Shown: positions 9,475 to 21,400 of the stretch, one piece after another
Numbering within the stretch: position 1 is the stretch's first letter
How the letters are laid out: each line of letters begins with the position of its first letter
Virus record (IMG/VR): IMGVR_UViG_3300044513_001251
Coordinates: 1-43,434 of that record
DNA from: a virus
Taxonomy: Duplodnaviria; Caudoviricetes
Strand: one strand, 5' to 3'
DNA length: 43,434 bases
Program-made: the position numbers and the translations under genes
Notes under the pieces: generated by a model
What the model was told of the DNA's origin: nothing
Database searches by the model: none
What the model saw: only the letters and a program-made list of their open reading frames with translations

Positions 9475-12400
9475 TTAGAGCTCTACTAACCACCAACCGC
9501 GTAAATCTGTGGGAATTTCGGATGCATTTGGATCACCCTGAGCATCACTCACTCCAACATAAACCAGACCGAAGGATGCATTTCGGGTTTGGACGATAAG
9601 TTCACCACTAGCCCATGCAAGTGCAGATGGTTCCGCAGAACCTGCCTGTGCCTTAGTTCCAGTGCTGTCGCCTTGGATAGGAACAGCAGTTGTTCCAATT
9701 GGTAGGGCACGAATAATCAAGTTTGCATTATAGGATAGGTTACCACTAATATCTATAAACCTAATCATGTCTCCTGTTTGAGCAGTTTCAGATGGTAGAT
9801 AAACAACCATGTTACCGCTAGAAGATGGGTTAACGAGATAGTTACCATTAGGTTGTAGTGGATTAGCAACAACTTGTCCGAAACCAGTTGTAGATGCTGC
9901 AAGATAAGTCCAGCGGCGACCACCATTCGAGTTGAAGTATCTGCTGATACCGAAGGCATCAACGGATCCATCTTGATACATGATGAAGTCTTTAGGACCA
10001 GCTCCAGTATTACCAGCACCACCAATGTTATCAATGTGAAGGATTTCAGCAGTATTATCTGCATTCTCCTTAATTTGACCCTTGATGTAGAGACTTTCGC
10101 CTAGTCTTACAGATCCGTCGTTGTTATCAACGTCGAACATCAAGTCATTGCTGCAGACGCCATTTTCTTGACAGGTCTGCTTGTATACTCTCAACTTACC
10201 ATAGATGTCTGCTCTACCGTTGAGGTACATTCCTGCTCTACCAGTAACTGGGTCAAGAATTGCACCATCACCTGGGTGACCATCATCGTTAGCGATACCA
10301 AGAATGAGTGTCTTGCTATCCGTGCCATACATTCTGAAGTTACCAGCGTTGATGTTAAGATCATCGTTGATCGTTAACTTACCACCACCAAAGTATCTTC
10401 TGATGCCTTCTTCTGGAGAATCTGCATCGTTAGTATCTCTGATGCTCTTAGGCATCTTGACACCGAAGTTAGGATCAACTGTGCCATCAATACTATCTGG
10501 GAAGAAGAACTCACTACCAATTCTGATGAATTGCTCATAGTCAAGTTTCTGAGAAACCAGATTACCATTAGCAAGTTTGAGGACAATTCTATCAGGATTA
10601 GTGTTTGGCGTAGGTGCCTGAGTTCTACCAGTTGCAGGTAGTGCTTCCAATAGAGTTGTTGTTCTGGTATCCTTCTGGATCTTAACAACTACAGCACCAA
10701 CTAGGAAAGATCCCGCTGATGTTGTTTCTTGAGCACGACCACCTGATGGATATGCACTAGTTGATCTGAATGGAATGCGTGGTTCATTTGTAGTAGCATC
10801 AATATATGGATCATCAGTAATAACAATGATTTCTGCCTGTGTTGAACCATTGATGATTGCAACTAGGTCACCAGTTTCAAATCCAGTGATGCTGTTGACA
10901 ACCATGAATTCGGTCTGTCCACCAGATAGTGTAGAAGCAAGTAAAGTTTGTGGACCTGTTGCTTGTGCAGTCTGTGGATCTCTAGTATAAACATAAACTG
11001 GTGCATCTGTATCATGAGCAACCTCAGTAGAACCGTAGTATCCTTGGACTGCCCAAACCCAACCCCATTCATTACCAATAGTTGTGTTACCTTGGCAAGT
11101 ATCAACTTCAAATGTTGTGAAGTCTCTGTTGTTTAGAGATAGTTTAGCATTGTCAGAAGTATCAGCAAAGATATCAAAGATATCGTTGACGATTGGAGTA
11201 GCACCACAACCGCCTCTCAGTGTCAAGCTGCCATACATGTTTGTAACAGCAGTCTGACTATTCTCATCACCCATGATAATGTCGCCAGTGACACTATCAA
11301 CGATAAAGACTGGAACTTCGTTCGCACTATCACAACCGCTGGTAACAATCAGTTTCTTAGAAACTTGATCCAACTGGGTCTGAACCTTAACGATTTCACC
11401 CTGGTTGAAGTCTCCATCATCGTTAGTATCTTCACGATCAACAATAACGTAATCATTAGTTGTTAGTGAACCACCAAACTGTGAAAGGTAGAAGTTATCA
11501 ACAGGACCAGTTGCATCAACTGTCTGAGTTGTCCAAGTAGCATCGAAAGCAATATTACACTTCCAAATGTTTGTAGTATCTGGGTGTGTCTCCAGATAAT
11601 CTAGAGCAGGAGATAGTTGCTGTAACTTATACTTGGTGAATGAACCAAGTGGATGACGGCGAACCTTGAGATAGTAAGGTGTTGCTTCTGCTCCCTGTAG
11701 ACCATCTTCAGTAATTCTGACAAGTTCAGGATACTGTTCGGTTGCACCGCTACCAGTAATAACAGTGTCAAGAAGAATATAGTCACCTGCTTGGAAGTAT
11801 GGAGTTGGCTTATACTTGAGTGGTAGATAGAACTCATCACCAGTAATTGCTGGTAGATCGGCACCTTCAGCACCGCCTCCAGTGATTGCCTCCTGATAAG
11901 ATGCATCACCCCAGTCTGCAGAACCAACGGTATCAATTCTGTTGAAACCAGCGGAGATTTCAGCAGGGGTTGGGTTGTTAAAGTCAGCAACCGTTAGAAC
12001 AGAAACATTAATGATGTCAATGTTGCTGTTGAATGTATTCTGTCCAAGAACACCACTAGCATGAGCAAAGTCATCTGTGCCCAGTTGTCCTCTTAGACCT
12101 TCGAAGGAGTAAGATGCGTTACCACCACAAAGTTTAATATCACCATTGAAGCGAGCATTGGCATCAACTGTGAAGTTGTTTCTGATAGTAGTGCTACCAC
12201 CCTGACCACCGATAGTGATTAGAGATGCGTTGGTAGCAAAGTTAACTGTCTGTGTCTGAGTAGTAAAGAAGTTGAGGACACCCGCCTCAGTTCTTAGTGT
12301 AACGACCTGATCAGGATCAGTTGCATCTCCACCAATTGTTCTATTTGCACCGATTAGAACATCACCAGCAACACTAAACTGCTTAGAACCGATTAATGTG

Positions 12401-15400
12401 AACGAGTTAGAAGAGTTGTTGTTATATGCACCACCAATTTGGATCTTCGAGATGTATGATGCTGTGTCAGCAATGTCACCAATGAAGATATTTGAGTGAT
12501 CAGCAGAGTTACCAAGTCTGAGGAATTGATCTCCAGTTTGCTCATCGCCAATCTTGATTGTCTGTGCAAATCCAGCAAGGTTCAGACCAGTGCTGTTTGC
12601 AGTTCCAACAAATGTACTATCAGTAAAGAGGTTAACAGTTCCAGTTGTGATGTCAGTTCTAACTTCAGCAACAGTGCCATCACCCTGAACTTCAATGTCA
12701 CGCTCGAACTGAACATCTTCAGTGAAACGAGCATCACCCTTAACAACTAGTGCTCTGTTGAGTTCAGCATCGGTAGCATTAACGCCAACCTTGCCCTCAG
12801 CAACAGGTCTACCGTTCTCAAGAGGAGTAGAAGTTTCGGTAGAAACTCTCAGAACTGCCTCATCAGCAGGAACAGAACTGTCACCACCAACGATTAGAGC
12901 ATCAGCAATTCTGTTCTTCTCACGATCAGCAAAGTTGGTGTGATCTAGGAAGTCAGTCGTCTTACGACCGCTGATGTATGCATTACCAACAACGTCTAGG
13001 TTAGCACGAGGATCTGTATTTGCTTCCTCAACCCATGCATTCTCAACAGCATCATGTGTAGCACGGTTGATGGTGTTAATACCAACTTTAAAGTCTCCAA
13101 TAGTATCAGTTTCAGTTCTGATTGCCTCAGAACCAATGACACCAACTTCCTTCCAAGCAGAGTTAGAGAACTCGATGGTTGGATCTTGTGATCCAGTTGC
13201 GCCATTGACAACATCTGCCCAAGGCTTGATCTCAGAAGGAATAGGATCAATAATCTGAACATGGACATAGTTGTTAGTTGAGGAGAATGGATCTCCTGCA
13301 GGAGAAACAATATACCATGTTCCGTTAAGATCAGTGTTTGGATAGTAATCAGAAACTCTGATTTGTGAACTATCAGTAATACCAAGTGCCTGGTTCTGAA
13401 CAGCAACACCATTTGCTTGCCACTCAACCTTGAAGATATTTGAACCATCAAATGTGAGTTTGAGGATGCTAGTAGCAGATACCTCAGTATAACCATCAGA
13501 GTAGACCCAAGCGAAGGATCCAGTTAGGTTGACTTGCTCACCCTTGATTAGAACATCACCAGGAGTTGGGATAACACCAGCATAATCAATATACTGATTA
13601 GTAACTAGTCTTGTTCCACCTGCACTTGTTAGTGGAGACTGGTTAGGTGTTAGGTTAGAACCAAAGTCACCAACAGCATGTGTGAGGAACTTGTATCCTC
13701 TTGCTCTTGGGTATCTGATTGGAGTGATCTCAAAGACAGCAGATGCAATTCTGTTCTTGCTGATGCGAATATCACCAGCAGTTGGTGGATTGAATTGTGT
13801 TCTGTCTAGTCTTTCGTCCTGCTCAATAACACCTAGATCATTCTTGGTGCTCTTGACATTAGAACGGATGATTAGTGAATCATCTACCTGAGTGAAGTCT
13901 CCATCTTGAACAGAGATAACGAGAGGAGATTCAATCGAGTTAGCAAGTGATCCATCACCGCCAACAATAGTAATATTCTGGTTGAATGTTACAGGTGTAT
14001 CGAAGGTAGTAACGAGACCACCGATTACATCATCCTCGTCTCCGTCATCTGCAAGAACTGCAGCATCAATGAATGTCTCTGCACCAGTAATAGCGTTAAT
14101 TCTTCTGTTACCGATGTAGAGATCACCCTGAGAGTTAATACCCGTGTAGAAGACGATACCAGCGTCTTGTTTCTTACTTTGAGCATAGAAGTCCTGCTCA
14201 GGTGTTAGGACGACTTCCTGACGCGCTGGGAGACCTGTGGAGTAGTTACCAGGACCAAAACCAAGGTATTCAAATGTATGGTTACCAGCACGAGCAATAG
14301 ATGGTCTGCGAAGTTCGATGTAGTATCTCTGATCTGCTAGAACAGTGCTGTCACCAGCGATACGAATACGACGATCTTCTGAACCAGATACTGCATTACC
14401 TTCCTGTGCTCTAATCTGATTATCACCAGTGTAGGTGTTGAGGATAAATGCAGGGTTGCTGATTAGATCTTCAACAAGTTCTCTGGTTACAGAGTTCTTA
14501 TAGTCGTTAACAGTAACTAGACCATGAACATAGTTGTCAGCAGCAGAGAATGCCTGTGGTGGGTCAATTAGGTTAGCATAGTAATCTTTCTCTGCCTGAG
14601 TTGTTCCGTTGTTTTGGAACCAGAGAGGATCGTTTCTGTAGTTTAGAGGATACAGTTTGCTGACTGGTTGTGAGAACTTAAATCTACGGAAGTTAGTAGA
14701 AACACCAGCACCAGTTGGGAATGGAGAAACATTACCACGAAGAGCAGTGATGTAGTAAACACCATCTTGCTGACCAGCAATTCTACGCTGTAGTGTCTCA
14801 TAACCGAAGATGTAGAATGTATCTTCAACAACTCCAACATCATCAACACTAGCAACATAGTATTCAACACCAGCGTCATCCTGAATACGATCACCAGGAG
14901 TGATGGTATAAACATTCGCGCCGTCTTGCTTGTAAAAATACTGGGAGAAATTTTTGCGGATTAGTGTTTTTAGAGGTAGCGATTTGCCCATATCCTGGTC
15001 TTCCAGCATATCAGCAAAGACATTACCCTGAGTAAATCTGGTGTTAGTGAACTCACTATACTCAAGAATACCACCACGGATATTCTTGATGATTAGATAG
15101 TGATCACCACCAACGCTGTAGTATGCGTGGATATTGCACTGACCAGAGCTGTTACCAGCAAATGCTGCAGCATTTGTATCAGTTGGCGAATTGTCAGTCT
15201 TATTGGTAACAAAATCTCCACCCTGAGGAGCAGTAATCTTAACTGTCGTTAGGATCTCATTGGTTAGACCAGAGAAATCCGTAGCATTAATTGTGTGGTC
15301 AAAGACTGTGAGTTCGAGATACTTGATTGAAGGATCAAGAACATCTTCAACATAGCGACCAGACTGAATAGTTGCCTGAATACCAGAATTGAACTTAGCA

Positions 15401-18400
15401 AATGCACGGTTGTCGATGCTTAGATATGGATCATATGCAACATCTGTGTTGAGGTTGTTTGTAGTGAAGTCTGCATCAGTATAACCAATGAATTCTCCCG
15501 CTTGTCTTGGGTTTTCGAAACGAGCACCATAGACTGTGCCAGTTACAGGCTTGAGTAGGATCTTCTGAGGAACAAGTTTACGAGTATCGTCAGTTCTTGT
15601 CTTAAGAACGAAACCATTGATAGGATCTCTTGCGTTCTCAAGATACTTAGGAATGACGAAACGGAGTTTGTAAGTTCTCTCATCTGCCTCACGAGTGTCA
15701 TCCAGACGCTCATACCACATGTCAGTGGATCTTGGACGATCCGCGTAGTCACTCTCGTTAATACGCCAGAAGATATTTTCTTTCTTAATGCTATCTGGTT
15801 GACCAGTAACATCATTCTTACACTGAATATACCACTTACCAGTATCTGCTACGCTATTAGTAAATCCTGGGTCGAAGCGCATTGGCGAACGACGCTTGTT
15901 AGCATAAACGTTGAACTTGTTAGCAGTAACAACAAAGGTGATTGGATTTACGCCGTTAATTGCATCAGCATGTGTCGTGTGAAGTGAGAACTGCTTATTA
16001 GTTACATACTTAGCATAGAACTCCTTATTAGGATTAATTCTACCAACATTTGCATCTGTAGGATCTGTAACAGCAATATCAGGATCACTTGCCTGACCAC
16101 TTGCAACTGCTGGTAGAACTCCGCCCTCTACTTCTCTAATGAAAACTAACTGTGGAGTTGTGCCTGCATCAGGAATATCAAAGACGTGAGATACATCTGT
16201 CTGAATTAAAGTGGCAGTAGAAGTTACACCAACATAGTTGTGTAGATCATACTTGTCATCTAGGACAAACTGATAAAGATCAATCTCAACATCCTTGTCA
16301 ATACTATCAGTTTCGGATGCATAGATGTAGATACCTGCTGCTGCGTTCTCTTTAGAGGTTGCAAGCATCAACTTAGTTTGATCGCTACCATCAAAGAATG
16401 TAGTTCCAGAATAATCTTCTGGTTGTGTTACTCTACCAGGAGCGATGACATAATATGTTTCGTTGGTATCAAATCCCTTAGGTAGTCTGACAAGACGCTT
16501 ATCAACGTCAACATACTTACCAGTTGTAGTGTCGAAACGTGGACGGGGAACCAATCTAACTGGTGTGCCAGTTTCAAAGTTATGTGGGTTAGAAGGACCA
16601 GCGCCTGTGGTGTCAATTGTAAATACAGTTGCTCTGGATGCTAGTAGAGCAGTATCAACTGTCTGCTCTTGTCTAACAACAGTTCCAAGACCACTATTGA
16701 TGATAGTGGTGATGACACCAATTAGGTTATCAATTGCATTAGCAGTTCCCGCACATTCTCTAGATGTTGGTGAAGTCAAGGTGTCTTGAATAACATCAGG
16801 ACCATCTGCCTCAGGACCAACAGTTACTGTGGTTGGTTCTGTGTCTGCCCAGATACCTTTCTCATATACAAAGTATAGTTCTGTAGTAGTGCTGGTTTGT
16901 AGAGCATTAACTAGGTTACCAGTGTCTAGTCTTGAGTTCTCAACACCAAGTTCAATTTCAGTGTTGCTTACAATACGCTTAACATATGCACCCTCAGGAA
17001 TATTGCTGTATACAGGAGTTGCACCAGACTGCAATAGACCATTGACATATGCGGGGTTAACTGAATTGGTGTTGTCATATTCTTTGACGCTCATGCCAAT
17101 GACAATACCACGAGTGTCATTAACGTCAACAATTGCAGAACCAGCAGTCGTTGAACAGTTGTATGCAAGAACATCAAAGTTACGCATTGCAGCAGTTGCC
17201 AACTGTCCAACGTAATCCCATGCATCTAGAGTTTCGGTCTTCTCATCATCGATGTAGGTGAGACTATTACCAACGTAGTATGCTTCACCTGCTTGGATAC
17301 TGTTAATGTTACCACCAAGTCTCAAGTCATTGACAACAGCGTCAACGATGTAAGAAACGTCACGGAAGCACTTAGATGCTTCGTTGTTGATTGTAAAGTC
17401 TCCAGTGTTAACAGGAGGTAGACCAGCAAGAGTTCCACCACCGATTGCTTCAGTAATAATATCAAATAGGTTCTCAATCGTAGAACGGACGTTAGCACAA
17501 TCCCACTGACCATTGCTTACTGGTGGTAGATCATTCAGATTACCAGCAAGAAGTGCATCACAAATAATGCCAGTTAGAGTGTCAATAGTCTGAAGAACAT
17601 CAGAACAGTTGCCTACTGTGTATACATCTGGCTGATATGCCTTGGCAGCGCGAGGATATGAATGAGTGGTTTCATATTGATCTTTAGCACAACTGAATGT
17701 TAAACCTTCGGTCTTAACAAAGATCTTCTTGCCTGAGGTCAAACCATGTGAAGTAGAAGTTGTAACAACAACATCACCAGTTGTAGGATTATAAGTTGCG
17801 GTGCTGACATTATGCTCAACAGCAGGTGATGCACCAGCATTAAATGTGATTGAATGTGATGTTACAGAAGTTGGAGTAATATTTTGTCCTGCTTGAGGAT
17901 CAACACCAGGGCGTGGATATGCAATTGTTGATGCATAATTGTCACTGGAGCAAGAGAACACAATTGAACTATTAGCAATGCTGAACTGATCACTAGTTGT
18001 TACTCCATGAGCAGCACCAAAATACATTGTCATGACACCAGTTGCTGCATCATAGACAGCATTGGTTGGTGTTAGTTGACCAGCATTAACTACAGAAATA
18101 GAATTAGCGGAAGCACTTTCAAATCTATGATCATAATCTCCACCAGAAACAATAGCTCCAGGAAGAGCACTTACAAACTTATGAGTATAATTGTGGGTAG
18201 AAGTTCCAACGTTAAATGTTAGAGTATTGCTGGTAGCAGCAGTCAGAGTTACAGTCGTATTATATGCTGGATCTGCAGGAGCACCAGTTGTTCTAGTGAT
18301 ACCATCTAGATTACCAACACCACTGTCAGATCCAATTGCTTGAAGAACAACGCCAAAGAGAGTATCAACCGCACCAGCAGCAGATCCACAGGTAGGTAGT

Positions 18401-21400
18401 AACTCATCAATATCCCAGTCATCAACAATAGTGAGATCTTTCTTCTGGGTCAGAGTGTTACCAGAGGTAACAGTTACAGTTTCATTTCTGAGGCACTGGA
18501 TAGCAATATTTCTTGCTTCAGTAAAGACCTTAGCAGCTTCATCACGCTCAGCATCAATAAAGGTAGAGATTGCCTGACCATTAAAGACATTGGTTACATA
18601 GATCTTAGCAACATCATAAGTCTTAGAGTTACCACCAAACTTGACATCCCACATTACTTCTTCTAGGACATCATATACATCATCTAGACAATCTTGCTTG
18701 GTATTACCTGTCTGTGGAGCATATGATGGATATGCAAGTAGCATACGCTGATATGCTTCTTCAGCAATAAACTCTTTATTGTCAAGAACAAGATTATATG
18801 CATCAGCATGAATGTCTGATACAAATGGAGGATCTCCAACCTGATCAAGAGTAATGGTTAGATCTCTATCATAGTATTGGTTATTTGCTGCACGGTTCAT
18901 TAGATCAGCAGCACGTTTGAATGCAGTGATCGAAGGACCAACTTCATTATCAACACCGTTGCCAATTAAGGCGTTGTTGTTGAAGTATTCTTTAGTTGCA
19001 GCGATGGTATACTCGTTACCACCGAACCAGAGATCTTGTGCAATAGCATCAACAACATGACCGATATCTCTACGGCACTTAGTCTCACCAGTGAGGAATG
19101 TTCCAGCATTATCTGCACTGTTCCAGATACCACCTGTGATAGCACCAACAGTAATTGCATCGGTAACAATATCACCTAGGGTTTGGATTGCGTTCTGAAC
19201 GTCAGAACATGCTGTAGAATCTTGGTTATCAATTGGACCATCGCCAATGCCATACTCACTATCACCTTCAGTGACAGTTAAATCCTTATAATATAGAGCA
19301 TTGTATACTGCTCTCTTCATTTCATTGACAGCAGCAGTGAATGCAGTTACGCTCTCTGTCTCTTCACCTACAAGACCATTGCTTAGTGGAGTTGTAGCAT
19401 TAGTGAAGTATTGTCTTGTGAATTCCTTGGTGTGCTTGTTACCACCAGCGAACATGTCAACAGAGATAGCATCAATGAAGTAACCAATGTCTCTACGGCA
19501 CTTGGTTTCGCCAGGACCAGCAGATCCTTTGTTGATCTCAAGTGGCATACCGTTGAGGTTACCAGCGATGAATACGTCCTGAACAATAGTGTTAAGGGTA
19601 TCAATTGCAGACTGAACATCCGAACAGAGAACTGGTTGAATATCAGTTAGTTGATTTGCAGTGTTAGCACCAAATGTAACTGCATTAGCAGAAGCACTTA
19701 CAAATGTATGAACACTGGTGTTAGTGCCACCATCACCAACATTAACGGTGATAGTATCATCGGTAGCAGCAGTGATTTCAATATACTGACCAGCGGCAGG
19801 ATCAGTAGCACGAGGATAGGTATGCTGGGTAGCGTTACCATCCAGATCACAAGTGAAGGTTAACGAATCCGTAGCAATGGTGATATAATCACCAACAGAG
19901 AGATCATGATTAGCAATGCTAAGAACCGCAAGACCAGTATTTGGGTCATAGGTTGCAGCATGTGGAGTGAAACTTCTAGAAACTTGACCATAGTCACTGC
20001 CAGGTGCATTATCAACAGTAATGGTTAGATCTTTTTCATAGAGTTGATTAGTAACTGCCTGCTTCATCATGTCAGCAGCTTTAGCGAATGCAGTTCTGCT
20101 CTCCGCTTCTTCTCCTACAAGACCATCAGAAATTTGTGTAGTTGCATTGGTGAAGTATTCTGCACAGAACTTCCATGTATACTCGTTACCATTGATGAAT
20201 AGGTCAAGTGCAACTGCATCTACAAAGTAACCGATGTCTCTACGGCACTTGCTCTCGCCAGCACCAGAAATATAAGGAGTTTCTGCAACTAGACCAGACA
20301 GGTTGCCAGCAGAAATAGGTGTAGTGATGATATTTACGAGAGTGTCAATTGCAGATTGAACATCATCACAAGCACCAGCATTAGTTCTGGGGATATTAGG
20401 ACCACCGCCACCATACTGTGCAGGACCTTCTGTAATGGTAGGATCAGAGATGCTGAGCTGGTTAGCAACAGCAGCACCCATCAGATCTCTTGCTTGGTTG
20501 AATGCTTCAATCGATGCAGTCTCTTCACCTTGTAGACCACCAGAGATCCAGTTGCCATTGCCATCAAAGTATTCAGAGATAAACTTACGAGAATACTTAT
20601 TACCACCAACAAATAGATCAAGTGATACCGCATCAACCAGATAACCTAGGTCACGCTTACACTTGTCACCAAATGTATTACCATTGTTACCATCATAGTT
20701 TGGATAGATGGCAAACATATTTGCATATGCTGTATTGACAATCTCAGTCTTGTTCTGCTGGATCAAACGATATGCATCGTTGTATCTTGAACGAGCATCG
20801 GTCTGCTGATCACCAGGAATATAGAAATCAGGATGACCAATAGCAATCTGTGCTAGTGCAGTGTCAACAATATGATCTCTGTTCTGTTGAATGAGACGAT
20901 ATGAATCAGCAAATCTAGAAGATGCATCAGTCTGTTGATCACCAGGAATGTAGAAGTCTGGGTGATTAAGTGCGATAGCAGCAAGTGCCTTGTCTCCAAT
21001 CTCCTTGCTGTTGCGACGGATTAGACGGAATGCATCAGCATATCTTGACTGATCATTAGTCTGAGTATCGCCAGGAATGTAGAAATCTGGATGATAAACA
21101 GCAACCTCAGCAAGTGCTGCATCAAGGATAAAGTCTCTGTTAGCAACAATGCGATTGCGAGCATCCTTATAACGACCAGCGGGATCTGCGATACCAGCAG
21201 GATCGTAGGTAACACCATTGCTTGTTAGGTTTGCTTCTTCTGCTGCAGAACCAGTGTAACCCTTACCAGCAATAAAGTCAGGATACTTATTGGTAGAACC
21301 ATTGAAGAAGATGCTGTTAGGATCAGGATCGTAGATGTCTGCCTTAACAGTCAATAGGTTAGCAACTGCTTTCTTACAGAGGTCACGAGCTCTGTTGAAT

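Noticed and set aside
20695-21177. Regularly spaced repeats as a CRISPR array or diversity-generating retroelement
   Set aside because: Degenerate in-frame coding repeats; no cas or reverse transcriptase gene in the window.
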